Shown: positions 1 to 10,407, counted from the first letter of the stretch. The stretch: DNA of 64,000 bases from a virus (IMGVR_UViG_3300031994_000057:1-64000); one strand, 5' to 3'. A program made the numbers and translations. The notes: generated from the letters alone by a model not told the origin.

Positions 1-324
1 TTCAGAAAGATTTATAATTTTGAATATAAAGAGAATGATATGTCTGTAAAGATATTACTTCCTGCACCTGCATACTTGAATATGACTAATACACAGCAGT
101 TAATAGATAATGCAAAGAGCCTTACAACTGCTTTATCTGATATGAGACTTGCTACTGAAGAAGATGAAAAAGTTAAACAGAATTTTACTATGTTGTTCAT
201 GCAACAGCAGTTGGGCACATACATTGACTTCAGTATGGTTGATGATATTATTATGCAGGCTAGACTTATGGCTAATGCAGATAAGGATGACCCTGACTTA
301 GCTGATGATGGAACAGATTATTAA
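1..324 (+). CDS. hypothetical protein, 5'-truncated by window edge
   Basis: Frame is open from base 1 through the 94-aa ORF to TAA at 322-324. Confidence 0.7.
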   Translation, partial: FRKIYNFEYKENDMSVKILLPAPAYLNMTNTQQLIDNAKSLTTALSDMRLATEEDEKVKQNFTMLFMQQQLGTYIDFSMVDDIIMQARLMANADKDDPDLADDGTDY

Positions 325-338
325 TTTTTGTCAGTATT

Positions 339-350
339 AACTATTATATA
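339..350 (+). promoter_or_regulatory. late-type promoter AACT-N6-TA
   Basis: AACT ATTATA TA matches the motif seen upstream of about 20 genes. Confidence 0.45.
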
Positions 351-756
351 ATATAGAAATTTGGGAATATCTTTAACTTATGCCTTTCTTTATACCTTGA
401 AATAAGTATAGAAAGGAGATATATGATGAGAAACACAGTCCTTCGATATCTCCTATTAATAGATGAAACTTTATAAAATATAAGTATATTAAATTTAATT
501 ATCTGACTCTTATTTTTGGAGTAAACTGGCACAGATTATTTAGTAGAACATATTTTATATTGTCTATTAATTAGCAGATTTCCGTTAGATCAGATAAAAA
601 TATTTAATATATTTTTCGTGTTGAAGCTGATATTTATATGAATAAAATGAAGCTAAAATATTTTAAGGTCTAGGAGATTAGAAATAATCTCCTAGATATT
701 TTTTGATTTATATTTATCAATTTATTATATCTAGATTGTGGGAGGAGATTATATCC

Positions 757-1344
757 ATGGGAAATTTATCTTTTAAAGAATTACGTGTTGCTATATCTAA
801 ATCATGTACAGCGGTACAGACAGAAGACATATCAGATAGATATGCATTCACACTTGATGCTATTAAGCTGGAAAACATACTTAAACAGAAGAAGTCGCCG
901 TTACATGTAATGGCTTTTAATAAAGTTTTAGAGTCTAGAGTTCCTTCAGTAAAGGATGTACAGTTAATCACAGAGTATATGAGATTACCTGAAGAAATAG
1001 ACAATACATTTAATGGAAAAGTTCAGGTTTGTGAATTTATGATTTTCTGTAAGCAGAACATTCAAGGACCTGTTGAAATAAATAACGAAGCAGGAGAAAT
1101 AATTTCAGATAAAGATTTATTTAATTTCTGTAATAATGCAGAAGAATTAAATGAAGAGATTATCTATGGAATTATTAAGAATCTTCCTGTATATAAAATA
1201 TTAATAACCAGAGAGTTTGATTATAATTCGGATATGTTTGAATATAAGATTTATATCAGATCAAACTATGAAATGGTTACATATTACAAAGCTCTTACAG
1301 ATCAGAGATCTGCAACTGCAGTAGAACCTAAAGACGAACAGTAA
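757..1344 (+). CDS. hypothetical protein
   Basis: GGAGGAG RBS before ATG 757 (track start 703); followed by hairpin gccaatgggat/atcccattggc. Confidence 0.8.
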   Translation: MGNLSFKELRVAISKSCTAVQTEDISDRYAFTLDAIKLENILKQKKSPLHVMAFNKVLESRVPSVKDVQLITEYMRLPEEIDNTFNGKVQVCEFMIFCKQNIQGPVEINNEAGEIISDKDLFNFCNNAEELNEEIIYGIIKNLPVYKILITREFDYNSDMFEYKIYIRSNYEMVTYYKALTDQRSATAVEPKDEQ

Positions 1345-1379
1345 AATAATGCCAATGGGATTCTATATCCCATTGGCTT

Positions 1380-1901
1380 TTAATTCATAAACCTAATTAA
1401 TTTGCAATTTATATAGTTTCCCAAATGATTTGTATCCGCAGTCATCATATACCTAGCATTATCATCAATCACTTTATCCGAATAAGTATCCACATATTTC
1501 CAAAAACCCTTATATTTACGATTAAAGCAATCAATATTATTCATAAAAAACCAGTATTTAATTTCCGCTCCAGTATAAATCTTCCCATCATTTATTATAC
1601 TAGATTTATCCGATAAATTATTATCGTCCTTAATCATTCTATAATCATAGTCAGGGTCTATATCAGTACACATATATGCATGAAGACCATCACTATGTTT
1701 AATCTCAGCCCCTTCTAATTCTCCTGTATTATAGTATTTAACAAATAATACTCTAAATACTTTACCATAGAATCCACTGAAATAGTAATTTCCTTTTTCA
1801 TATTTATCACGTTTCCCCAAACTATAGGGGATAACATGTTTACTTTTAACAATTTCTTCTAACTTTTTGTTTCCGTAAGATATCGTTTTATACATATTCA
1901 A
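1380..1901 (-). CDS. hypothetical protein
   Basis: 173-aa ORF with GGGGAA RBS and an upstream AACT-N6-TA motif. Confidence 0.75.
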   Translation of the reverse strand: MNMYKTISYGNKKLEEIVKSKHVIPYSLGKRDKYEKGNYYFSGFYGKVFRVLFVKYYNTGELEGAEIKHSDGLHAYMCTDIDPDYDYRMIKDDNNLSDKSSIINDGKIYTGAEIKYWFFMNNIDCFNRKYKGFWKYVDTYSDKVIDDNARYMMTADTNHLGNYINCKLIRFMN

Positions 1902-2229
1902 TTTCCCCCATATATATTACGAATTACTATAAAGTTAGCCTTAAACACCAGAGTGTTAAATATTATTATTTAAACTCATTATAATAGTATAAAAAATAAC
2001 ATTTTAAAGAAAAATATTACAAACAAATAAGTAAAAAATATATGAAAAATGAGAAATAATGTTACCTTTCTTTTTAATTCTCCTTTTAATTGTATTTTTC
2101 TGTCATTTTTGCGATTCTTATAGGACTATTAATACTACTTATTCCTTCCATGTATTATATTTTCTTGTAAGAATGCTACGTTCCTCTATTTATTTTGTGT
2201 CGAATAATAAGGACTAGGATAGTTGTATC

Positions 2230-3153
2230 CTAGTCCTTATTATTGTCTTTTCCATAAACCATGTCATAAGGTTTCATCAATATACAATCTTCAGCATTTC
2301 CTAGCATAAAGATATCTACTTTATTTTCTTCTCTAAGGTATACACATACTCTTTTTACAAATTCTTTACCATCTACCCAATCTACAATAAATATTTTAGT
2401 CATATTTACTATAGCCATCTTATTCTGATACATGGTAACAAATTTTTCTTTATCTAAAATATTAGAAGTTAGTATTCTATCATTTAATGCTTTAATAGGA
2501 GATATTAATCCCATTTTACGTCCTAGTATATCGGATAATGAATAAAATGTAAGAATCTGTGTACTATAAGATGTGTCACAACCTATATAGGAGAGATTAC
2601 AGTTTTGATGTAGATTTACTTTACTATATGCTGGGTCTTGATCTATAAATACATTTATAGGTATATTATACAGCATCTGATTCTTTAGTATATGAATTCT
2701 ACAATATACATTAAACGGTAAACTGAATTCTATTTTATGTTGTTTAGAGTCTTTATCTGTATGAACCCCTATACATTTAATATCATCACAGTCTTTACCT
2801 ACCGATATTGCTTTAAATGAACTATAATACTGTTTATCATCTGCTATATCTAATAATAACTCAGATAATCTTTCCTCATTACTTTTAGCCTGTTTATTAA
2901 GATTAATAGTATCATGTATTGGACTATTAAGAAATTCTAAATCCATATCTCTATTATCACCAAAGATAAATGAATTCTTTATGAGATATGTATCATCTTT
3001 ATCATCAGAGAGGTAAAAGAAGAATTCTACCCCATCTAATGAATCATTACGCTCATCTAATATATTAAATCCAACAAAAGCAAAGTCTTTTACTTTGAAT
3101 TCTCCATCATTAATAGCATCTTCATTGACTTTTACATCAACATTTATTGCCAT
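2230..3153 (-). CDS. hypothetical protein
   Basis: 307-aa ORF overlapping the upstream gene; ends at hairpin ggactaggata/tatcctagtcc. Confidence 0.8.
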   Translation of the reverse strand: MAINVDVKVNEDAINDGEFKVKDFAFVGFNILDERNDSLDGVEFFFYLSDDKDDTYLIKNSFIFGDNRDMDLEFLNSPIHDTINLNKQAKSNEERLSELLLDIADDKQYYSSFKAISVGKDCDDIKCIGVHTDKDSKQHKIEFSLPFNVYCRIHILKNQMLYNIPINVFIDQDPAYSKVNLHQNCNLSYIGCDTSYSTQILTFYSLSDILGRKMGLISPIKALNDRILTSNILDKEKFVTMYQNKMAIVNMTKIFIVDWVDGKEFVKRVCVYLREENKVDIFMLGNAEDCILMKPYDMVYGKDNNKD

Positions 3154-3935
3154 AATTCTAACTCCTCTAATTTCTTTTGTTCAGTATCATCTGAATCTAT
3201 ATAAAAATATGCTTCTGTGCCAAGAACAAACTTCCTAGTTCCAGATTCTTCATCAACTACCATGACTACTATTTGTGCTTCTGTGCCATTCTCATCTGCC
3301 CTAATTATATAACCTTTTTCCTTAGCTCTATATACTTTGTCTAAGAAATCCTGATTATGCCTAGGAGTTTCATCACTAGAGCGTTCAGAAGGCTGAATAA
3401 TAGTATCACCATGGTCTAAGTTAACTAAATCTTTGAAATATTCTACATAAGCAGTTTTACCAATCCATTCATCATTGGATACATGAACTATCCACATTTT
3501 CTCTGAATTATATTCTTCATTAAATTCGGGCCAGTTACTAGCCATAGGTAAAAATGCCTCATCAAATCCTTTATATCTAGAATATCTATATCTTGGATAT
3601 ATTTTATACTTAAGTAACTCTCTAGTATCTGCTACTATAATATTAAATAGAGTATCTACTAAAATAGCAACATAAGGCTCACCCATATCAAATCTTAATA
3701 CTCTAGTATAATTCTCATAAGGACCTTTATGCCCATCAAACTCTGGATGCTTCTTTTTAGATACAGGTAATCTAAAATTAACTGTTAGAGTATTCTCATC
3801 TCTATAAGGCACAAATAATAATTTGTCTATAAAATCAGGATTCTGTGCAGGATAATTATCATGACTTAGTAATGACTGATCTTTCCATATATAGTCTCCT
3901 GTATAATGTAATAAGTTCTGAAGCATTAAAACCAT
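3144..3935 (-). CDS. hypothetical protein
   Basis: 263-aa ORF in a tight operon. Confidence 0.8.
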   Translation of the reverse strand: MVLMLQNLLHYTGDYIWKDQSLLSHDNYPAQNPDFIDKLLFVPYRDENTLTVNFRLPVSKKKHPEFDGHKGPYENYTRVLRFDMGEPYVAILVDTLFNIIVADTRELLKYKIYPRYRYSRYKGFDEAFLPMASNWPEFNEEYNSEKMWIVHVSNDEWIGKTAYVEYFKDLVNLDHGDTIIQPSERSSDETPRHNQDFLDKVYRAKEKGYIIRADENGTEAQIVVMVVDEESGTRKFVLGTEAYFYIDSDDTEQKKLEELELWQ

Positions 3936-3940
3936 AATTA

Positions 3941-4537
3941 TTACTCTCCTTGATTATTAAGGTTAAGTGTCAGTGTGTAAATATTAATATTTCTATTATA
4001 TTTCTTCTTAAATAAAGTATATTTATATAAGAGTCTGTTATAATCTGCTTCATAAACACGAACTGATAATCTATCAGCTTTGTTTAACTTGAAAAATGAT
4101 TTATCAACTGTTGTAAATGTTCTGCTATGACGTAATGAAGAATCTACGAAATATTTCATACCACCATCTGTAGGTCTATATTTAGATAAAGTTTCAAATT
4201 GTTTATCATCTAAACAATCTTCATCCACAAATACTGGTTGACCAGCACAATATGTAATAATCTTTATCTTTTCAACCATATCACTAAATAGATCGGGTCT
4301 ATCTATTATAGTATTGTCAATAGAAAATGAACCAGGGTTTTCATCGTTTCTCCAGAAGCAACATATTAAATCTACTGGATAATGCTCTGGTAATTCTACC
4401 TCATACATTATACACCAATTTTCGATAAAATAAAGGGTACGGTTAAAAACCATACCCATTAAGTCATCTGCAGACATTGAAGCAAAGTTAAATATGAGTG
4501 ATCTAAGATAATTAGCATCATCTCCTACAATATTCAT
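3941..4537 (-). CDS. hypothetical protein
   Basis: 198-aa ORF in a tight operon downstream of the polymerase gene. Confidence 0.8.
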   Translation of the reverse strand: MNIVGDDANYLRSLIFNFASMSADDLMGMVFNRTLYFIENWCIMYEVELPEHYPVDLICCFWRNDENPGSFSIDNTIIDRPDLFSDMVEKIKIITYCAGQPVFVDEDCLDDKQFETLSKYRPTDGGMKYFVDSSLRHSRTFTTVDKSFFKLNKADRLSVRVYEADYNRLLYKYTLFKKKYNRNINIYTLTLNLNNQGE

Positions 4538-4549
4538 ATATATTCCTTT

Positions 4550-6469
4550 CTAATTATTCGGTCTTTTATTATAAAATCTGAATGGATTAATAGCTCCGCC
4601 AGTAACATTAACAAACGGCTGAATAATCTTATCGTTAGTTACACCTACAAATGGACAAGATATATATTGGCCATTTGTATATTGATATGCATCTATTAGA
4701 TAATTATATCCAATATCACAAGTACATTGTGTCATATAGAACTCTTGTAAATCTTGTACCATTTCAGATACATTTGCAAGATGTAACCATCTATTCGCAA
4801 ATACTATAATATTATCACATACAAGATTCTCTACAAATTCTCCACCACGCTCATACTTTTCATTTGCATATCTATTCTCATTTTCATAGACTTTATTCTC
4901 AATCTCTATCTTACCAATCTGAGTATTAGGAGCAATATTATTCTCCAAATCTATAGAAGGATAAAGACTTTTATAATCATAGTCTTGTCCTGTGTCTGCA
5001 ATATTCACAGGTTTTCCATCTATTTTCAATTTTGAATAATCACTCAGATGTAAAGGATCACCTACTAATGCTCCTGCAAACTTATCCGGCTTCTCATTCC
5101 ATTTATTGACATTATTTCCGATTATATAACCAAGTTTATCCCATTCTTTATTCATTCTATTTATAAGATAAACTGTTTGTCTATGAATCTTCTTATATGA
5201 AGTATTATTCATTAATGCTTTTGCAAAGATATATTCCATATCATTACATTTAAACTCAATACAATACTGAACAATAACGTCGAAGATATTATATAATACA
5301 AATGTCTTAAAGTCTAACCAAGGAAGCATAGCAATATCTTTAGTAATATGAGAATAATCTAACTTATGAACTCCAGCAATCATAGTTCCGATATCATCCA
5401 ATTTGAATGATGTAAAACTACCTATCTTTGCTTTACGTCTGGAACAGAACTGTATCATCTGGTCAATCCATACTGTATTACCCGATATAACTGTATAATC
5501 TCCTCTTTCTGCAAATTCTGAGAGATTCTTATTATCTACATAATTATATACCTGTCTCATTGTCCACGATTGATCGCACATGATATCAACAGGGTCATAT
5601 CCTAATACTTTAATTCTCGCTATTATATATTCCAAGTCGAATCCAGAACTATTCCAACCCATGATAAAATCATTATCATCTCTATGGACATCACCAAAGA
5701 ATGTACTAAGTAATTCAATCTCACTATCAAAGAATCTAATATTTACAGTAAACTCTTTCATATTATATCTAGTAAACTGTTTATATCCACCAATATTTTC
5801 TTCAATGAAGTTCATTATATCAGAATGACTAAATATATTGAAGCTATATTCATTCTCAAATTCTTCGATTAATTTATTCTTATCATTCCTTAATAGATAT
5901 GAGTTAATTGTATGAGTTTTACCATTTAGATAACCCACACAGTTTATAGGACATTCACCCATTTCGGTGAAGTCTCCAGCCATATATCTGGTATCAACTT
6001 CGATATCGAAGAATGATTTACTTAATCTATGAATATTATTTGTGAATCTATTACCAAATTCTTTTCTATAATAATCTTCTATATTTACATCAGATGCAAA
6101 TACCTGTGGTAATGTATGAAGCTTCTGATTCTCACTATAATTACCACTCTGAAGATTGCTATTATAAAAATCTATATTACCAGTTCTTTCTGCTATAGAC
6201 TTCAATAACTGAGAATATTTACAGACAACTGGTTCTACTTTTTCCTTCTCTATGAATAACTGATTATATCCAGGGTCAGGTTCTTTCATAATATAATAAG
6301 TAAAGTTTGGCTCATATATTATCTCATGATGCTTCTTACCTGTACTATTATCAGAATAAACAATCGCTAAATAATCTTTAACTCTATTACCTTCACTATC
6401 TTTAGTAGGTCTTTGATAAAAGACATTATGTACTGTCAAATCTGCGCCATCTTGATATTGATCTAACAT
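4550..6469 (-). CDS. family B DNA polymerase, exonuclease plus motif A half (split polymerase)
   Basis: ExoI FFDIEVD, ExoII GWNSSGFDLEYI, ExoIII YNIFD and motif A DYDYKSLYPS are present; motifs B (KxxxNSxYG) and C (YxDTDS) are absent. Confidence 0.85.
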   Translation of the reverse strand: MLDQYQDGADLTVHNVFYQRPTKDSEGNRVKDYLAIVYSDNSTGKKHHEIIYEPNFTYYIMKEPDPGYNQLFIEKEKVEPVVCKYSQLLKSIAERTGNIDFYNSNLQSGNYSENQKLHTLPQVFASDVNIEDYYRKEFGNRFTNNIHRLSKSFFDIEVDTRYMAGDFTEMGECPINCVGYLNGKTHTINSYLLRNDKNKLIEEFENEYSFNIFSHSDIMNFIEENIGGYKQFTRYNMKEFTVNIRFFDSEIELLSTFFGDVHRDDNDFIMGWNSSGFDLEYIIARIKVLGYDPVDIMCDQSWTMRQVYNYVDNKNLSEFAERGDYTVISGNTVWIDQMIQFCSRRKAKIGSFTSFKLDDIGTMIAGVHKLDYSHITKDIAMLPWLDFKTFVLYNIFDVIVQYCIEFKCNDMEYIFAKALMNNTSYKKIHRQTVYLINRMNKEWDKLGYIIGNNVNKWNEKPDKFAGALVGDPLHLSDYSKLKIDGKPVNIADTGQDYDYKSLYPSIDLENNIAPNTQIGKIEIENKVYENENRYANEKYERGGEFVENLVCDNIIVFANRWLHLANVSEMVQDLQEFYMTQCTCDIGYNYLIDAYQYTNGQYISCPFVGVTNDKIIQPFVNVTGGAINPFRFYNKRPNN

Positions 6470-6502
6470 GCTTTGCCTCCTTATATATTTTATGTGTCGA
6501 GT

Positions 6503-6514
6503 TATATAGATGTG
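6503..6514 (-). promoter_or_regulatory. late/middle-type promoter CACA-N6-TA of the polymerase operon
   Basis: Minus strand reads CACA TCTATA TA, about 35 nt before the start. Confidence 0.5.
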
Positions 6515-6578
6515 ATAGGTATATTAAATTGTCAAAAAGAAAAGGGGAAAACCCCTTTTCTCTTTTTATAAATGCCGT

Positions 6579-6836
6579 TTACGAACGACATTTATCTTCC
6601 CAATCACGCTCTTCCATACCATGACATTCGGTTACATTACCATCTTCATCTACATGAATATGATCATGTTCATCCCAATTGCTGTCTTTGGCATTGTAGA
6701 TTTCTGTACCGTTTCCATGGACATCAATCTTAGAGTCATATTCACCATCTTCTGAAGTTAAATGATATAACTCACAGTCCGTAGTGTAATTAACCTCTAC
6801 ACCATTCTCATCGATTTCTGTGTCATACTTGCACAT
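6579..6836 (-). CDS. small acidic His/Asp-rich protein
   Basis: AAGGAGG RBS; last gene of the early operon, before hairpin aaggggaaaacccctt. Confidence 0.75.
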   Translation of the reverse strand: MCKYDTEIDENGVEVNYTTDCELYHLTSEDGEYDSKIDVHGNGTEIYNAKDSNWDEHDHIHVDEDGNVTECHGMEERDWEDKCRS

Positions 6837-6870
6837 AGTACTAATCCTCCTTTGTGATTGAATTATTTAT

Positions 6871-7131
6871 TTAAACACCCGCTTTCATCGAATATGTCTT
6901 GATGAAAGTAGTGTCTAAACCACCTGCAAAATTGCACATCCAACGTGCTCTATTAATACATTCAGGATAATTAATCATAATCTTAAGTTCATGCTCTCCA
7001 AAGTCAAAGTGTGATACAAGATGGTACAGATTTGCATTATCCATAGGCTGCATCTTCTCAGCAGCTTGAACTAATTCATTAGAGTAGTCCATCTCTTTAA
7101 GATATTTACCAAGTTCTGATAAATCTTCCAT
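6871..7131 (-). CDS. hypothetical protein
   Basis: GGAGG RBS, 86 aa. Confidence 0.75.
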   Translation of the reverse strand: MEDLSELGKYLKEMDYSNELVQAAEKMQPMDNANLYHLVSHFDFGEHELKIMINYPECINRARWMCNFAGGLDTTFIKTYSMKAGV

Positions 7132-7143
7132 ATTAATATCCTC

Positions 7144-7362
7144 CTATTCTGAATACATAGTGATAGCACCTATAAGGCCACCTGCCATAAGTGCAAAGAA
7201 ACCAATTATTATAGCCCACTTACTAATGGTAAAGAATACCAATGAACCTCCCATACAAAAATATATGGCAAATGTGATGAGTGCTGTTAATACACAAACA
7301 CTCATAAATCCTAATAATAACCCTACTGATAAATCTCTAATACTTAATGTTTCTTTCTTCAT
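7144..7362 (-). CDS. small membrane protein (2 TM)
   Basis: GGAGG RBS; two long hydrophobic stretches. Confidence 0.75.
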   Translation of the reverse strand: MKKETLSIRDLSVGLLLGFMSVCVLTALITFAIYFCMGGSLVFFTISKWAIIIGFFALMAGGLIGAITMYSE

Positions 7363-7386
7363 AATAATACCTCCAAATAATAATTA

Positions 7387-7749
7387 TTATTCTTCCTTCA
7401 ATAATACTTCGCTTACATACTTATCATATAATTCAAGCATCTCATTGCAGCCATCTCTAATATCAGGTGCAATCTCATTAAATTCTCTAAATCTAATATC
7501 TCTTTCTTCAAAAGTTCCATCTTCAATATTATTACCATATTTCTGAATCCAGTCAATCATCTTATCCTGATTCTGTTCAATCTTATCTAAGAACGATAAC
7601 CCTACAGTATTCTCGATGTATGTTCCAAATCCATTACATAATTCATAATCAATTATAGGACTTGTCTCTTTCAATAATTTTACTACCTTGCCATAGTTTA
7701 CTCTAAATTTAAAGTATTCTTCAATTTGCATAAAGTTGGGATTTTCCAT
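7387..7749 (-). CDS. hypothetical protein
   Basis: AAAGGAG RBS, 120 aa. Confidence 0.75.
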   Translation of the reverse strand: MENPNFMQIEEYFKFRVNYGKVVKLLKETSPIIDYELCNGFGTYIENTVGLSFLDKIEQNQDKMIDWIQKYGNNIEDGTFEERDIRFREFNEIAPDIRDGCNEMLELYDKYVSEVLLKEE

Positions 7750-7766
7750 ATTTTTATCTCCTTTCG

Positions 7767-8072
7767 CTATTTAATTATAAGAGTCTCAATAATCTTGAGT
7801 TCATTTATTATATTCAGTTGTATTTCTTTGATCCTATTTTCAAATAGGCATTTAACCTTCTTATCATCTAAATCAAACGTAAACACATTATGTTTACCTG
7901 TCAGTGTATTTAATCCTTCATATCGAATATTTACACCAGATTTAATGCCTAATTCTTCAGCAGGAACCTTAATGAAGTAATATCCACTACAATATTTATA
8001 ATTAGTTGTGGATAAATGTTTTAATTCACCATCTTCTATATAGTATCTATAAAGTGGTTTATTATCTTCCAT
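7767..8072 (-). CDS. hypothetical protein, first gene of an early operon
   Basis: AAAGGAG RBS directly downstream of the early-type promoter. Confidence 0.75.
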   Translation of the reverse strand: MEDNKPLYRYYIEDGELKHLSTTNYKYCSGYYFIKVPAEELGIKSGVNIRYEGLNTLTGKHNVFTFDLDDKKVKCLFENRIKEIQLNIINELKIIETLIIK

Positions 8073-8118
8073 ATATTTAATCTCCTTTCGTTTAATGGAA
8101 ATATTGTTTGCTTATTAC

Positions 8119-8151
8119 CTATATAATATATAATTGAAATTTTGAACTTTT
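8119..8151 (-). promoter_or_regulatory. early-type promoter
   Basis: AAAAGTTCAAAATTTCAATTATATATTATATAG, nearly identical to 28043-28075. Confidence 0.7.
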
Positions 8152-8220
8152 ACTAATTTGTAAAACTTTAAGAAAATTACATTCTATTAATAATCTATGA
8201 TTATAGGAGGATATATTACA

Positions 8221-8700
8221 ATGGGCGAAAATGCTAAGTACGATCAGGGAAAGAATAGATTAGATTTAGTCTTCCCTTCAATTATAGAAGAGATTGGATT
8301 TATTAGAACTTATGGTGTTCAGAAGTATAAAGACCCTGATAACTGGAAAAGAATAGATAATGCTAAACAGAGATATACAGCTGCAGCTATGAGACATTTT
8401 GAAGCATGGAGAAAAGGTGAGAAACTTGATTCTGAATCAGGTCTAAGACATCTTGCACATTGTGCGACAAATATCATGTTTTTGTTGGAGATTGAACGTG
8501 AAGAAGAAGCTACAGAAGCAACTGTAGTAGATGTTATGCCTGACCCAGATGCTCCTGCTAGTAACCCTGAAGAAGAAAAATTTGTAGAATTATTAAAGGA
8601 TTATGATTTAGTCGCCAAACTTAGTGCAGCTATAGAGAAGAAGAAAGCAGAAGCTACAGAGACCGCTAAAGAAGAAAATAAGGAGAAAAATAATGTCTGA
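8221..8700 (+). CDS. dATP/dGTP diphosphohydrolase-like protein (DUF5664 type)
   Basis: KYDQGKNRLDLV, TYGVQKY..DNW, RYTAAAMRHFEAWRKGEKLDSESGLRHLAHCATNIMFL fit the family pattern; GGAGG RBS before ATG 8221. Confidence 0.8.
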   Translation: MGENAKYDQGKNRLDLVFPSIIEEIGFIRTYGVQKYKDPDNWKRIDNAKQRYTAAAMRHFEAWRKGEKLDSESGLRHLAHCATNIMFLLEIEREEEATEATVVDVMPDPDAPASNPEEEKFVELLKDYDLVAKLSAAIEKKKAEATETAKEENKEKNNV

Positions 8701-9811
8701 ATATTCAATGAATTCGCTTAATTTTGGCTATGATTTTGTTAATCCCGTTATACCAGGATCAACTAATACACCACAGCCTGTTACTACACCTCAGCAATTA
8801 CCTTCATATCAGATAAATACTACTTTAGCTAATGCTTCTGATCCTGTTATAGAAGGACCTAAGAAATCTATCTTTACTGTAAGACCTGATGAGGTTAAAC
8901 CTACTAAGGGAGCTATATTACCTGCTCCTGATGCACCTCAGATGCCAACTACAAGAAGAAAAAAGAAAGAGAATGAAACAGATACTACTGCTATTGTTAG
9001 AGCAGGTGATAGTAATCTTCCTGCAAATAATAACAAAGAGTTATCTACAATGTATAATTATGCTCAGACTACAGCACTCTTAGGTAATACTCTATCTCAA
9101 GCAGATGAATTAGCTAATGATTTAATGTCTGAGTTTGATAATATTAAAAACAGTAGAACTCTTAAGAATAAGTATATGATTCTTACTAACTTATCTCAGT
9201 CTATGAGTCAGTTATTGAATACAAAAGCTACTATTCTTAGAGAGATTAATAGTAGTATTACTAAAGCTACTGAACTTGATTACAAGAAAGAAAAGGATAG
9301 ACTTGCTGCTGAAGGTGCAGCTAATGATGATAAGTATATCATGGATCTCTATAGCAGTTTCATTAATAATCCTGCAAATGGTGTTAATGGAAGTCCTGCT
9401 ACATTAGCTCCTACTCCTATAGCAAATACTGTAGCTTCATCTGCTAACTTAGGTGGAATTATTAGATCGCCTTTAGCTGGTTCTAATCCTCCTCCTGCTG
9501 GTCAGCCTGTTGATGTAGGATACTTGAATTACTTAAGTAGAATTACACCTCAACAGAATAGTATGATTATGGAGAGTGATCCTAACTGTAAGATTTGTGT
9601 AGTATATGACGTACAAACAGGAAACAAATTCTTCAGTGCAATGAATATGGCAACAGGTATGACTGTACCTAATGTAGATTTACCTTCCGATAGATTTATT
9701 CAGGACTTAACAATAGACCTTCAGAATAATGTAGCAAAGAATGCTAATCTTCATATGGTTTATCCTCTTGTCGTAATCAATAATGATTCAAATATAGCAC
9801 AGAATTACTAA
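8693..9811 (+). CDS. hypothetical protein (Pro-rich, central coiled coil)
   Basis: 372-aa ORF overlapping the previous stop. Confidence 0.8.
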   Translation: MSEYSMNSLNFGYDFVNPVIPGSTNTPQPVTTPQQLPSYQINTTLANASDPVIEGPKKSIFTVRPDEVKPTKGAILPAPDAPQMPTTRRKKKENETDTTAIVRAGDSNLPANNNKELSTMYNYAQTTALLGNTLSQADELANDLMSEFDNIKNSRTLKNKYMILTNLSQSMSQLLNTKATILREINSSITKATELDYKKEKDRLAAEGAANDDKYIMDLYSSFINNPANGVNGSPATLAPTPIANTVASSANLGGIIRSPLAGSNPPPAGQPVDVGYLNYLSRITPQQNSMIMESDPNCKICVVYDVQTGNKFFSAMNMATGMTVPNVDLPSDRFIQDLTIDLQNNVAKNANLHMVYPLVVINNDSNIAQNY

Positions 9812-9820
9812 AAAATAAAA

Positions 9821-9845
9821 GCCAGAGAGTATTATACTCTCTGGC
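9821..9845 (-). terminator. hairpin terminator of cassette A
   Basis: gccagagagt-attat-actctctggc; U-tract on the minus strand. Confidence 0.75.
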
Positions 9846-9869
9846 TTAGTAATAGATTATCACCACGAT

Positions 9870-9881
9870 AACACAATAGTA
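9870..9881 (+). promoter_or_regulatory. antisense late-type promoter of cassette A
   Basis: AACA CAATAG TA, 2 nt before the inverted leader copy 9884-9905. Confidence 0.6.
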
Positions 9882-9998
9882 ATATGAATAAAGCTTTAGA
9901 GAAGATTTAAATATTACTTTGCTTTAGTTATAACATGGAGTTTGATTAATCTATATAAGATATAATCATGAGATATATGTTTCTGATAAATAGTGGGG

Positions 9999-10136
9999 CT
10001 ATTTATACAGAATTTTATCAATTATCCAGGACATAATCCTATAGATAAGTCGATTGTCGATATGATAACGGTAGCATACGAACATCCAAAATCGGACTTC
10101 GATGTACTCTCTAATCAAAGATGATAATCTTTTCAT
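9999..10136 (-). CDS. cassette A small protein, 45 aa (MKRLSSLIREYIEVRFWMFVCYRYHIDNRLIYRIMSWIIDKILYK)
   Basis: Hand-translated; AAAGGATGTGAT RBS; paralogous to B, E and H. Confidence 0.75.
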   Translation of the reverse strand: MKRLSSLIREYIEVRFWMFVCYRYHIDNRLIYRIMSWIIDKILYK

Positions 10137-10182
10137 AGATATCACATCCTTTGCATGATTATTTCTTCTCAGCTTTATTCAT

Positions 10183-10214
10183 ATTTATAATATATAATTG
10201 AAATATTGAACTTT
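10183..10214 (-). promoter_or_regulatory. early-type promoter of cassette A
   Basis: AAAGTTCAATATTTCAATTATATATTATAAAT directly before leader ATGAATAAAGCTGAGAAGA. Confidence 0.7.
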
Positions 10215-10232
10215 AACTAAGAAAAAATAAAA

Positions 10233-10257
10233 GCCAGAGAGTATAATACTCTCTGGC
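10233..10257 (-). terminator. hairpin terminator of cassette B
   Basis: gccagagagt-ataat-actctctggc; same stem as 9821-9845. Confidence 0.75.
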
Positions 10258-10281
10258 TTAGTAATAGATTATCACTGTATT

Positions 10282-10293
10282 AACAATGAAATA
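10282..10293 (+). promoter_or_regulatory. antisense late-type promoter of cassette B
   Basis: AACA ATGAAA TA before the inverted leader copy 10296-10317. Confidence 0.6.
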
Positions 10294-10407
10294 ATATGAA
10301 TAAAGTTATAGAGAAGATTTAATATTATTCATTTAGGTTATATACAGCTTTTGATTAATCTATAAAGATATAATCATAAAAATATATACTAACTAATAAC
10401 GTGGTGG

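Noticed and set aside
1940-2200. Possible 40-49 aa hydrophobic ORFs on either strand
   Set aside because: No convincing RBS, and the hydrophobicity is explained by T-rich composition.
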